A stretch of DNA of 64,000 bases, taken from the IMG/VR virus record IMGVR_UViG_3300042695_001232; one strand, given 5' to 3'. Shown here piece by piece: positions 1 through 9,077 of this stretch (positions within the stretch are counted from its first letter, which is position 1; each line of letters begins with the position of its first letter). The notes beneath the pieces were generated by a model. The model had not been told where the DNA came from. It saw only the letters and a program-made list of their open reading frames with translations, and ran no database searches. A program made the position numbers and the translations under genes. The stretch is from an uncultured virus (IMG/VR IMGVR_UViG_3300042695_001232). Taxonomy: Duplodnaviria > Heunggongvirae > Uroviricota > Caudoviricetes.

Positions 1-1
1 A

Positions 2-124
2 AATACATGGGGTAATATTGGATTTAAACCAGCTAATGTTACAGAATTGGATGTAAGTATGTTGTTTGCTAAGGCTATTCGTAGTATCAACAAGAATGAA
101 AGTGTAAGTGAACTATTTGTATGA
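2..124 (+). CDS. C-terminal fragment of ribose-phosphate pyrophosphokinase-like protein (5' part outside window)
   Basis: Frame 2 reads ...LDVSMLFAKAIRSINKNESVSELFV*, resembling the conserved Prs C-terminal helix; stop overlaps next ATG (ATGA). Confidence 0.7.
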   Translation, partial: NTWGNIGFKPANVTELDVSMLFAKAIRSINKNESVSELFV

Positions 125-582
125 AAACTTGGACTCAAATTATTCAAAACGTTTACAAACAGAAAAGTGAACGTCATTGGAAAGAACTATATTGGTGTAT
201 TGATTTACACGATACAATCATTACTGGCACCTATAACAAGTTCAATGATGGGGCTATAATGTATCCTTATGCTAAGGCAACCCTTGATTATTTGTTTAAT
301 CACCCGGATCATATAACCATTTTGTGGACAAGTAGTCACTATACTGCGATTGCTGATGTGATGGAACGATTTAAGTTGCAATTTAATTCAATTAATTGTA
401 ATCCACGATGTGCAAATACTGAAATTTGCAACTTTAATGAGAAGTTTTACTTCAATTTCCTACTTGATGACAAGGCCGGATTTGATGGCACAACTGATTG
501 GAAAGAGATTTATTATGCTTTAGTTGAACCTGAGGTGGTTGGTACAAAAACTAAAAGAATTATGGAGGATAATTGGTCATGA
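121..582 (+). CDS. HAD-superfamily phosphatase-like protein
   Basis: IDLHDT motif I-like, LWTSS motif II, LLDDKAG motif IV. Confidence 0.6.
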   Translation: MKTWTQIIQNVYKQKSERHWKELYWCIDLHDTIITGTYNKFNDGAIMYPYAKATLDYLFNHPDHITILWTSSHYTAIADVMERFKLQFNSINCNPRCANTEICNFNEKFYFNFLLDDKAGFDGTTDWKEIYYALVEPEVVGTKTKRIMEDNWS

Positions 583-1094
583 AATACATTGAAGCACCTA
601 ATTACGAACATCTTAATAGTCCGTATCTGTCAATATTTTTTGCTGGTAGCATTACCGGAGCAAAAGATTGGCAAAAGAACCTTTTTGAACGTATCAAGTT
701 ATGTAATGGAACCGTCTATAATCCCAGACGTGAAAACTTTGATATCAATAATCCAAACGAAAGTGCAGAACAAATCAGTTGGGAATATGTACATCTACAT
801 CAATCAGATGTCATTATTTTCTATTTCAGTCACGAAACGCTTGCACCGATTACTTTGTTTGAACTAGGAGCTGCGTTGGAACGTAATTTATATGGCGATA
901 AACCACAACAGATATTCATTTACTGTGAACCCGAGTATCGTCGCAAGTTTGATGTTGAGTATCAGACTGAAATGATTCTAGATACATATGTTTCGATGGT
1001 TAAAGATCGTCCAAAGCGTAATTTTGTGGAATACTATTCAGATTACGAAGAATTTGTGGATAAATTGATTGAATTCATCGTGAACAAGGAGTAG
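579..1094 (+). CDS. Nucleoside 2-deoxyribosyltransferase-like protein
   Basis: IFFAGSI..DWQ, NPRR, QISWE, PITLFELG motifs; start taken at ATG 579 (ATGA overlap). Confidence 0.75.
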   Translation: MKYIEAPNYEHLNSPYLSIFFAGSITGAKDWQKNLFERIKLCNGTVYNPRRENFDINNPNESAEQISWEYVHLHQSDVIIFYFSHETLAPITLFELGAALERNLYGDKPQQIFIYCEPEYRRKFDVEYQTEMILDTYVSMVKDRPKRNFVEYYSDYEEFVDKLIEFIVNKE

Positions 1095-1103
1095 ACTGTC
1101 TAT

Positions 1104-1739
1104 ATGAGAATTAAAAGTTATAATGATGTTAAGTGTTGGGTAGTTAGCGATCTACATCTTGGTCACACGAAGGCGTTTATTTGGAGCAAACGTGGATATT
1201 CCAGCGTTGAAGAACATGATCGTGGTATTATTGCCAAGATCAATGAATTTGTTGGACCCGATGATGTGTTGTTTTCACTGGGAGACTTTTGTCTTAATAC
1301 CAGCGAAGAACAGTTTGACGCATATCTTAGTCAGATTACATGTCAAAATATCAAGTTGATTTGGGGCAATCATCCCAATCCTATTTACAAGATGTATCGA
1401 CGGATGGTGGCTGCAGAATATCAACGAGATGATATTGAGGTATATCCTTATAGGTATCGTAATGTTGAAATTATTGGTTATCATTATGAGTGTACGATTA
1501 AGGGTAAGTATGTGGTTATGAATCATTTTCCTATCGCTGTATGGGAAAACATGAAGGAGGGATCTTACATGTTGTGTGGACATAGTCATTATAGTTATCC
1601 GTCAACCAGAGTTGAATGTATTGATGGACTAACACTTGATTGTGGTTGGGATGGTCATGCAACGCCTTTGTTGTTTGATGATATTGTTAGGATCATGAAC
1701 AAGAAGAATATTCGTAAAGTAGATCACCACGTTAAATAA
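1104..1739 (+). CDS. Calcineurin-like metallophosphoesterase
   Basis: SDLHLGH, LGDF, GNH, HFP, GHSH motifs. Confidence 0.85.
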   Translation: MRIKSYNDVKCWVVSDLHLGHTKAFIWSKRGYSSVEEHDRGIIAKINEFVGPDDVLFSLGDFCLNTSEEQFDAYLSQITCQNIKLIWGNHPNPIYKMYRRMVAAEYQRDDIEVYPYRYRNVEIIGYHYECTIKGKYVVMNHFPIAVWENMKEGSYMLCGHSHYSYPSTRVECIDGLTLDCGWDGHATPLLFDDIVRIMNKKNIRKVDHHVK

Positions 1740-1787
1740 CTATAATAAGTTGAATTGTTGACGTGTCTCGTATATATTAGTGGTTAT

Positions 1788-2063
1788 ATGACTACACAAT
1801 TGTTACACGAAGAAAGTCACAAGTTTTTGACTGATATTGGTTTTGTTGCAAGACCAATACTCGGTCAAACTTTACGTATTGCATATGACTATCCCAATGC
1901 AATTTCTATTGAACTCTATAAACATCAAACAGTCACCAACTTTAGAGTGTTGTTTCTACATATCAATGAAGATGCATATACAAGGGGGCGTGAACAAGGA
2001 AAAACTGATGCAATTGGTGCATTAATGAAAAACTTTACAAAACTAATATATGACAAACTCTAA
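1788..2063 (+). CDS. Hypothetical protein
   Basis: ORF; ATG at 1788 follows a promoter-like sequence. Confidence 0.55.
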   Translation: MTTQLLHEESHKFLTDIGFVARPILGQTLRIAYDYPNAISIELYKHQTVTNFRVLFLHINEDAYTRGREQGKTDAIGALMKNFTKLIYDKL

Positions 2064-2256
2064 TTACGCTGCAAAACAAATTCTCGCTCACCTTCTTAAG
2101 AACGGATGGGTTTCAACCGAATGTTTTAGTTCTGAACATGTAGAACGAGATATTCAAAACATTATCGATAACGCTGCATTGTGTAATATCAATTTAGATC
2201 CCAAGGGATTTACATTTGACAGTGCAATCACACAAACATATACCTTTAAGGCATGA
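2050..2256 (+). CDS. Hypothetical protein
   Basis: ORF overlapping both neighbours in operon fashion. Confidence 0.55.
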   Translation: MTNSNYAAKQILAHLLKNGWVSTECFSSEHVERDIQNIIDNAALCNINLDPKGFTFDSAITQTYTFKA

Positions 2257-2807
2257 ACGACGAACTAACAAAATATTTGGTTGAAAAGTATCCAAAGATA
2301 CTAAAACAATCTGATGTAAACAAGGACCATTGTTATGGCTTGTTTGGCATTGAATGTAGTGATGGATGGTTTCTACACTTGGATCGAATGTTTGAGTCAA
2401 TTCAATCCATGATTGATTATAGTGAGACCAATTATGAAAATTTGAAATGTCATTATAACAAACTTCCTTGGTACAAAAAGTTCTTTTCAATATATAAGCG
2501 TTCACGGTATCATTATTTGCGTAACAATCAAACTCCTATTCCACAGGTTGTTGCTGTACAAATCAAGGAAAAGTTTGGAACTCTTCGATTTTATTATATT
2601 GGTGGGGATGATAGAATTACTCCGATTGTTGATTTTTATGAATCATATACTAAATATATCTGTGAAGATTGTGGTAACACAATTGATGTTGGGTCTACTG
2701 GTGGATGGATTCGTAATCTATGTGAAAAACACGCAAATGGTTCTAAACGAAGTATTCATAATAATGAAGCAAATGAATTATTTAAAAAAATACGTGGGGA
2801 CAAGTAG
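2253..2807 (+). CDS. Conserved phage protein with C-terminal Cys/His cluster
   Basis: ECSDGW...QIKEKFGTLRFYY...CEDCG...LCEKH pattern common in phage hypothetical proteins. Confidence 0.65.
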   Translation: MNDELTKYLVEKYPKILKQSDVNKDHCYGLFGIECSDGWFLHLDRMFESIQSMIDYSETNYENLKCHYNKLPWYKKFFSIYKRSRYHYLRNNQTPIPQVVAVQIKEKFGTLRFYYIGGDDRITPIVDFYESYTKYICEDCGNTIDVGSTGGWIRNLCEKHANGSKRSIHNNEANELFKKIRGDK

Positions 2808-2826
2808 ATAATATTTATATTCAAAT

Positions 2827-3396
2827 ATGAAGACTAATGTTATTATTATAGATGATTTTTATACAAATCCACACGAAGTTCGTCAATTTGCAATGTCTCA
2901 GGAATTTAAAGTACGTGGAAATTATCCGGGTGCTAGAACACTTCCAATGTTAAACGATTCGATTAAAAATACATTGCAAAATATATTAAATAATGCGGGA
3001 GGGTTGATTACGTATTTTCCTGATGATGGATACAATGGTTCGTTTCAGACCACATATGCGTGGGATAAATCATGGATTCACTCAGATCATTTTAATACGT
3101 GGGCGGGAGTTTGTTATTTGACTCCAGATGCACCATTGAGCGGTGGTACTGCAACCTATCAACATAAAAAAACAGGCGCACGTTCATCAACTGATGTTAA
3201 TCCGGAAATGGCAAAAGAACTTGATTCTGATGGAAGTGATCGAACTAAATGGGAAACTGTAGATAGCTTTGGTAATATTTTCAATCGGTTAGTTTTGTAC
3301 CGTGGTCATGCTTATCATATGAGTCGTGATTACTTTGGCAAAACTTTTGAAACTTGTAGATTATTTCAAGTTTTCTTTTTCAATACTGAACACTGA
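2827..3396 (+). CDS. 2OG-Fe(II) oxygenase-like protein (DUF6445-like)
   Basis: IIDDFY.NP, IHSD (HxD), YLTPDAP..GGT, FNRLVLY..H, RLFQVFF. Confidence 0.75.
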   Translation: MKTNVIIIDDFYTNPHEVRQFAMSQEFKVRGNYPGARTLPMLNDSIKNTLQNILNNAGGLITYFPDDGYNGSFQTTYAWDKSWIHSDHFNTWAGVCYLTPDAPLSGGTATYQHKKTGARSSTDVNPEMAKELDSDGSDRTKWETVDSFGNIFNRLVLYRGHAYHMSRDYFGKTFETCRLFQVFFFNTEH

Positions 3397-3398
3397 GT

Positions 3399-4676
3399 AT
3401 GTCTTTAAAAATTGTAAAGATGGTGGTATATGGCGTTTCTGAACGATTCGACATCACCACCCAAATAACTGGGTATCAACCCGAATACTCTGGAATACAA
3501 ACTGTATCGTTTGTCGATGATGAGAATTTTAAAGATATTTGTGTCAATTGGGAACCTGATATTGTTGTTGTTGTAGGCGACGTAATTCATTTTCCCAATA
3601 TATTGTCTCTAGAACACTCGTTAAAGTCAAAACTGTATATCATATCAAAACAAGATCTTGCAGAAAATGGAATCACATATTTTGTTGAAGAATTCTTTAT
3701 TAGATATATTGATAACAGCATTAAAAATCACAATTCTGTAGATAAAATATCCGTATACACGGCGACATGTAATACTGAAGAACGTTTACGTGTTGCTTAT
3801 GAATCGTTAAAAAACCAAACACATCAAAATTGGGAATGGTCAATTTATGATGATTCTACTGATAACGTCACATGGGATATTGTAAAAGAAATTGCCAAGT
3901 CTGACACACGTGTTTTAATTAATAAAAATCAAAATCAATCTAAATATTCCCGAATCGGATACAACAAATTTAGTGCAGCAACTCATTGTGGATCAAATTA
4001 TATTGTTGAATTGGATCATGATGACGCTTTGACCAAGGATTGTCTTGAAAAAATCTTAATGACGCATAAGAAATTTCCTGAGTGTGGGTTTGTTTATGGT
4101 GATTGGGTAGAAATGAACTTTGAAAGTAAAAATGAAATTGATTATGGCGTAGGTTTTGCGTGGGGTTATGGTTCATATTACAACACAAAACATCCGTATA
4201 AGGATCGAGAAATAAAAGTTGTTTGTGCACCTAGTGTTAATCCATTAACGATTCGTAGACTTTGGAGTATGTTTAATCATCCTAAATCGTGGAAAAAAGA
4301 TGTTTACATGAAAATTGGTGGGCACAATAGATACTTGAACAGTGCTGATGATTATGAATTAATGTTAAGAACTTTTATGAATACAACAATGGTTCATCTA
4401 CATCACTTTTGTTATGAACAATATTTTTATAATAACAATACAAAAGTAAGCAATGGTGGATTAGGATGGGAGTATCATGGTGATATATTGCGTCATGTGA
4501 GATATATTCAAAATAATTATAATATCAAGATTAAAGAACGAATTGAAGAACTAGGAAAACACGATTGGGCATACGACAGTACAAATCCAGATTGTGTTAA
4601 GAATTTTTATTTGGGACAAAATCATCCAAGAAGCGGTGATTATGAACAACGTCTAAATTTGGATTTCAAACCTTAA
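3399..4676 (+). CDS. Glycosyltransferase family 2
   Basis: ISVYTAT, SLKNQT..NWEW, DDSTD, LDHDD, ADDYEL. Confidence 0.85.
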   Translation: MSLKIVKMVVYGVSERFDITTQITGYQPEYSGIQTVSFVDDENFKDICVNWEPDIVVVVGDVIHFPNILSLEHSLKSKLYIISKQDLAENGITYFVEEFFIRYIDNSIKNHNSVDKISVYTATCNTEERLRVAYESLKNQTHQNWEWSIYDDSTDNVTWDIVKEIAKSDTRVLINKNQNQSKYSRIGYNKFSAATHCGSNYIVELDHDDALTKDCLEKILMTHKKFPECGFVYGDWVEMNFESKNEIDYGVGFAWGYGSYYNTKHPYKDREIKVVCAPSVNPLTIRRLWSMFNHPKSWKKDVYMKIGGHNRYLNSADDYELMLRTFMNTTMVHLHHFCYEQYFYNNNTKVSNGGLGWEYHGDILRHVRYIQNNYNIKIKERIEELGKHDWAYDSTNPDCVKNFYLGQNHPRSGDYEQRLNLDFKP

Positions 4677-4683
4677 TAAAATC

Positions 4684-4881
4684 ATGAACATTCATGTTCC
4701 AGATGAAATTAAAGCTAAATATCCTCATATGGAATTTAGGGGTAAACAGCGACAATTGAATGACAGAACCGTAATTGAAGCATATAACAATGCTACTAAT
4801 CAAACTTTTCATTATAGTTTTGAAGAAGACTTTTTCTGGTTTTCAGGTCAAATTCCAGATTGGAAATTGAAAAAGATATGA
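4684..4881 (+). CDS. Hypothetical protein
   Basis: ORF in operon. Confidence 0.6.
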   Translation: MNIHVPDEIKAKYPHMEFRGKQRQLNDRTVIEAYNNATNQTFHYSFEEDFFWFSGQIPDWKLKKI

Positions 4882-5193
4882 AAAGTAGAATTACCATGTA
4901 ATGTATGTCCTCATAATTCTGTGTGTTGTAAATGGGGAACATTTTTGTCAAATGAAGAGGGGGGATCTTTACTAAAAGAATTTGGCACGGAATTCATATT
5001 TTTTGATAATGATAAAAAAGAATATCGTACTCAAACTTGGAATGGTAGGTGTGTATTTTGGAAGAATAATGGGTGTACCATACATTCTCATGAATTTTAT
5101 CCAGCGGTCTGTCGTAAATTCCCGTGGGAAGACGGTAGAAATCCATCTTTACCGATGGCATATGACGCAACTTTGTGTCCAGAAATCTCTTGA
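4878..5193 (+). CDS. YkgJ/CxxCxxCC-like cysteine-cluster protein; start out of frame (see findings)
   Basis: CNVCPHNSVCC...CVFW..GCTIH..YPAVCRKFP; first CxxC lies upstream of the track's GTG start at 4921. Confidence 0.7.
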
Positions 5194-5321
5194 CTTTCAC
5201 TATTACTTCCAATGACATCATGGCCGTGTGCTGGGGATACCTTCTGTATAAGAAGCTCAGTGGAGCTACCTTCAGCTGGTGGTGGTTTGTACTGGTCTCT
5301 GTTATCTGGGGATTGACTTGA
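5190..5321 (+). CDS. Small membrane protein (43 aa, not in ORF track)
   Basis: TTG start overlapping previous TGA; MTFTITSNDIMAVCWGYLLYKKLSGATFSWWWFVLVSVIWGLT. Confidence 0.5.
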   Translation: MTFTITSNDIMAVCWGYLLYKKLSGATFSWWWFVLVSVIWGLT

Positions 5322-5336
5322 ACCTAAAAAAGTTTC

Positions 5337-5365
5337 TTGACTTGTTATAAAGTGTGTAGTAATCT
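5337..5365 (+). promoter_or_regulatory. Sigma70-like promoter, leaderless geometry
   Basis: TTGACT-17-TAATCT, 6 nt, ATG 5372. Confidence 0.7.
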
Positions 5366-5371
5366 AGACTT

Positions 5372-5890
5372 ATGAGTGAACAAACCTATATGAACCTAAA
5401 AGATGCAGTAAAGCGTCCTGTACTCAGTGAGAAGACTGTTAATCGTGCCAACAAGGCATTTGTTAGGATGGTTGATAACTACCAGAAATGGAATGAGTCT
5501 ATCACTGCTGATGAGCCACGTGAGACATATGAAGATGACATTTTTAATTGTCTCTTTGAATATGACTTGGATGGTTATAATTTGGCAGAATATCTAAAAT
5601 CTAAGATCTATCTTGAGCCAGATGCTGGACTTGTAGATATTTTGGATGATATGATCTATGTCAAGAAGTCTCTGGAAGATGAAATGTTGAAGCAATGGGT
5701 TAAGGAAAATTTTTTGACTATTTCAGATGATGTAGTTGGTAAGAAAGTTAATGCTAAACAGGGTTCTCGTAAGTATGAGAACCTCTACATTACTGGAATT
5801 AGACCAGACACTTATCAAGTGACGATTAGTGATAATATTAATGCAAAGGGTGGTCGTATCGTTGGATTTGAAAATGTAACCTTTCTATGA
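5372..5890 (+). CDS. Hypothetical protein
   Basis: 172 aa ORF with own promoter. Confidence 0.7.
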   Translation: MSEQTYMNLKDAVKRPVLSEKTVNRANKAFVRMVDNYQKWNESITADEPRETYEDDIFNCLFEYDLDGYNLAEYLKSKIYLEPDAGLVDILDDMIYVKKSLEDEMLKQWVKENFLTISDDVVGKKVNAKQGSRKYENLYITGIRPDTYQVTISDNINAKGGRIVGFENVTFL

Positions 5891-5918
5891 TTGACTTTCT
5901 TTAAAGTCGTGGTAAATT
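5891..5918 (+). promoter_or_regulatory. Sigma70-like promoter (putative original RNA ligase promoter)
   Basis: TTGACT-16-TAAATT with TG extension, 6 nt, ATG 5925. Confidence 0.7.
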
Positions 5919-5924
5919 GATTGA

Positions 5925-5959
5925 ATGAAGATTGACATTCAAAAGGTTGACCTCACTCA
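5925..5959 (+). pseudogene. Orphaned original 5' end of the RNA ligase gene
   Basis: MKIDIQKVDLT+CA aligns without gaps to MIVDISTIDRSQ of the 6914 ligase. Confidence 0.7.
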
Positions 5960-6838
5960 TGGGATTGGAATATATCGTACCCAACCGTGACAACTTTTTC
6001 TATTACCCGTCGCCATGCTTGACATATTGCCATAGTTAAGACCATGTAACTTACAAAAGTCTTTCAAACATATGATATTGGTAACTTCTCCTTGCGGCGA
6101 CACCAATACATAGTTTTTAACATGGGAGTTTTTCATTTGCAATCTGCTATTCATTGAATGTTTTTTTCCTTTCATTGGAGACGGTATACCTTTTTTAGCC
6201 ATACTAATTTTTTTTCTGAACTCATCAGTATGAACGAAGCCTTTGAGTTTTCCTTTCATTGATTTACTTCGTTTCTTTATGGTTTCCAAAGACTGTTTTT
6301 TGCCCAAATGTGAAATAACCAACTTATTTCTTGTTTCTTCAGTTATTGGAGCTGCGGGTTTTCTACCAACTTGTGATTTTTTTAGCGTATGAATTCTTTT
6401 TTTGTACAATTCAGTGCCTTGCTCAACGCCATGTTTTTCTATAAACCACTGTAAAGATAAAAATCCTTTTCTAGCTTCTGACATTTTTTGTTTACTTTCG
6501 GGAGACCATTTTTTACCTAAATTGCCTTTAGTAGCTTTGCCACCATCCCCTACATTGCACAGATCATATCCCTTTTGACGGAGGCAACTAATAATACGAT
6601 TTTCCCAATAAAAAGCAACATGCTCTTCAACATTATTTACTACTTTCTTATATTTAAGGTTTAATCCTCCGCTGAGTATTTTTTTAATTTTGTTATACAA
6701 ATAAATGTTGTTATTTGGAATTTTGCCCAATTTTGTTTTTCGTTCATGAATAGTCATTCTTCTTTTTGTTCCCTTACCGACATAAAATGGTTTATTGTTA
6801 CGTGGATCAATGAGTAAATATGTATAAAAGTTATGCAT
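5957..6838 (-). mobile_element. Free-standing GIY-YIG homing endonuclease with NUMOD3-like repeats
   Basis: FYTYLLIDPR..PFYVGKG..R nuclease; repeats WSPESKQKMS, TEETRNKL, HTDEFRKKIS, GKKHS; likely start ATG 6838. Confidence 0.85.
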
Positions 6839-6879
6839 ACTAATAAATAGGAGTGTGATGAAAATTGATTCAAAAGAAG

Positions 6880-6907
6880 TTGACAAAACTTAAATGTGTG
6901 GTAAGAT
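6880..6907 (+). promoter_or_regulatory. Sigma70-like promoter of RNA ligase
   Basis: TTGACA-16-TAAGAT with TG extension, 6 nt, ATG 6914. Confidence 0.75.
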
Positions 6908-6913
6908 TAAAAT

Positions 6914-8020
6914 ATGATCGTAGACATATCAACTATAGACCGTTCACAATTTATGGTGCATGAACATTCACTTAATGGTGAAATTGTTTATTTGATTCAA
7001 CCTCAACATATCGGCACCAAGTGGCATCAAGACAACAAGCACATGCGTAGTGTGGTTGTGAATTATGCTGGTGAAGTTATCAGTGCAGGCTTTCCAAAGT
7101 TTACCAACTGGGGCGAGAATCCTGAACACTTTCCAGTTCCCAATTCGTTGAATCATTGTACCGTGGTTGAAAAGCTTGATGGTTCATTGTTGATTGTTAG
7201 CAAGCATAACGGCAAATACATTCTACGTACCCGTGGAACTGTTGATGCTTCTACTATGGCTAATGGTCATGAGTTGGAACTGTTCAAGAATACTATTCTC
7301 AAGACCCTTGATGTTTGTTTGCCCGTCGATATAAACGGTAGTTGGCACTATTCTATTTTGTTTGAGTGGGTTAGTCCTATCAACAAGATTGTGTTGAACT
7401 ATGGTGATGAACCAGACTGGTATTTGGTTGGCGTGGTAAATCACGATCACTACTCTGTGTGGTGTCAATCCCGTTTGAATGAGATGGCTAATGAGTTTCA
7501 TCTCAAACGCCCTCCTACCTATACTTTTTCTGGTGTTGAAGATCTGTTAAAGGATGTTGACCAATGGAGAGGTAAGGAAGGTGTAGTTGTTTATTCAAAG
7601 AATGACCAAATGCTTCACAAGGTAAAGGGTGCGTGGTATCTTGCTCTACATCATATGAAGAGCGAGCTAAGCAATATAGAAAAGGTTATAGATGTCTGGT
7701 TAGAACAAGGTATGCCTGACTATCAGACTTTCTATAACTATATCTTTACCACCTTCGATTACGAATTGGCTGAACAGTGCCGTGGCATGATTAGCCGTAT
7801 TTGTGATGCCAAGAAGGAAGTTGATCTAATTGTGAGTGGGATGAATGATTTTGTGAATAACAGACTCAAGACTCTACCTACTCGTAAGTTACAGGCTGAA
7901 CAAGTAATTTCAGCTTATGGTAATACTAATAGAGCTTCATTTTTGTTCAAGTTGCTTGATGGTAAGTCGTTAGGCAAGGAAGAATATAAGAAGTTACTAT
8001 TTCAAGTATTGAAGAACTAA
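6914..8020 (+). CDS. RNA ligase, Rnl1-like
   Basis: FPKFTN, EKLDGSL motif I, LRTRG, LFEW, EGVVV, HKVK. Confidence 0.8.
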   Translation: MIVDISTIDRSQFMVHEHSLNGEIVYLIQPQHIGTKWHQDNKHMRSVVVNYAGEVISAGFPKFTNWGENPEHFPVPNSLNHCTVVEKLDGSLLIVSKHNGKYILRTRGTVDASTMANGHELELFKNTILKTLDVCLPVDINGSWHYSILFEWVSPINKIVLNYGDEPDWYLVGVVNHDHYSVWCQSRLNEMANEFHLKRPPTYTFSGVEDLLKDVDQWRGKEGVVVYSKNDQMLHKVKGAWYLALHHMKSELSNIEKVIDVWLEQGMPDYQTFYNYIFTTFDYELAEQCRGMISRICDAKKEVDLIVSGMNDFVNNRLKTLPTRKLQAEQVISAYGNTNRASFLFKLLDGKSLGKEEYKKLLFQVLKN

Positions 8021-8030
8021 AACGATACCC

Positions 8031-8062
8031 CCCACTATTAATTTAGTGGGTTTTATTTTTTT
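8031..8062 (+). terminator. Intrinsic terminator
   Basis: CCCACTA-loop-TAGTGGG followed by T run. Confidence 0.7.
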
Positions 8063-8083
8063 ATAATATTTATATAATAACAT

Positions 8084-8716
8084 ATGAACACTGTTATTAC
8101 AAAAATAAAGTCTTATCTATGGTTTGTATTATTACCCGTAGCAATTATTACCATATTATCCATATCATGCATCAAAGATATAGAACATGGATATACCAGA
8201 TTTAGATTTGGCAGAGATATAACACTATACTTGCGTAAGTCCACTGATTTATTAACTTACTTAGGTGCGGCTTATACAACCACTGGTGATAAGAATTTTC
8301 TCAATCAATTCAATGACCATTTAAAAGAACGAGAAAAATACTTTAATGAAGAAGTATTTACATCTAAATTATTAACCCAAGATGAAACCAAAGAATTTAG
8401 AAAAGGATTGGATATTAGCAATGATTTGGCTAAAGATGTAGAAAATGCAGCGTTTGAAAAGATGGATAATAAAGCATTTTTCAGTGAAAAATACTTGGGG
8501 TACAAAAAAAGAATATATGATAACAATCAAACATTCAAAACGTTAATCAATGATAGTTCAGAAACTATTATTAAAGATGAATTAACTTTATTAAACATAT
8601 ATTTATATACACTCAGTTTCATAATATTAGGATTAATAGTTCTAATAAAGCACGAAATTAAACCTGTTATAAAATCCGTTACAAAAACAAAAAGAAAAAG
8701 TAACCGGAAGAAATAG
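8084..8716 (+). CDS. Two-TM membrane protein with chemoreceptor-like extracytoplasmic helical domain
   Basis: N- and C-terminal TM helices; LT...AYTTTGD..F...SNDL..E..AF...F...Y...K..I pattern; basic tail. Confidence 0.55.
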   Translation: MNTVITKIKSYLWFVLLPVAIITILSISCIKDIEHGYTRFRFGRDITLYLRKSTDLLTYLGAAYTTTGDKNFLNQFNDHLKEREKYFNEEVFTSKLLTQDETKEFRKGLDISNDLAKDVENAAFEKMDNKAFFSEKYLGYKKRIYDNNQTFKTLINDSSETIIKDELTLLNIYLYTLSFIILGLIVLIKHEIKPVIKSVTKTKRKSNRKK

Positions 8717-8719
8717 CAT

Positions 8720-9046
8720 ATGGAACAATTACAAAAATACGGTATACAAATAGGATTCTTGTTCAGTGGTTTATTCGGTGCAATATTGATGGCAACAAAA
8801 GCAGCTAAAACAGATGTAAAATCTGTAGTATTATCATTGGTAGGCGGTATGGCTTCAGCTAATTTCTTAACACCTGTATTGGTAGATACTCTAAATATTA
8901 CCAATGTTAAACATCAAAATGGTATTGCTTTCATCGTAGGATTCTTAGGTCTAAAATTAGTAGAAATAGTAAGCGAAATGTTCTTGGAAAAAGTCAGCGG
9001 TAATAAAAAGAAACCCACAAGAAAAAAGAGAAGACGTAATAGATAA
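8720..9046 (+). CDS. Holin-like 3-TM membrane protein
   Basis: Three hydrophobic segments (GLFGA; GGMASANFLTP; AFIVGFLGLK) and a very basic C-terminus. Confidence 0.6.
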   Translation: MEQLQKYGIQIGFLFSGLFGAILMATKAAKTDVKSVVLSLVGGMASANFLTPVLVDTLNITNVKHQNGIAFIVGFLGLKLVEIVSEMFLEKVSGNKKKPTRKKRRRNR

Positions 9047-9077
9047 AAACCCCACTATAAAGTGAGGTTGTTTGTTT
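9046..9077. terminator. Putative bidirectional terminator
   Basis: AAAAACCCCACT-ATAA-AGTGAGGTTGTTT imperfect hairpin between converging genes. Confidence 0.55.

Noticed and set aside
5925..6914. Group I intron in the RNA ligase
   Set aside because: Endonuclease is antisense, fills nearly the whole interval, leaves no room for a ribozyme core, and the ligase has its own promoter and start
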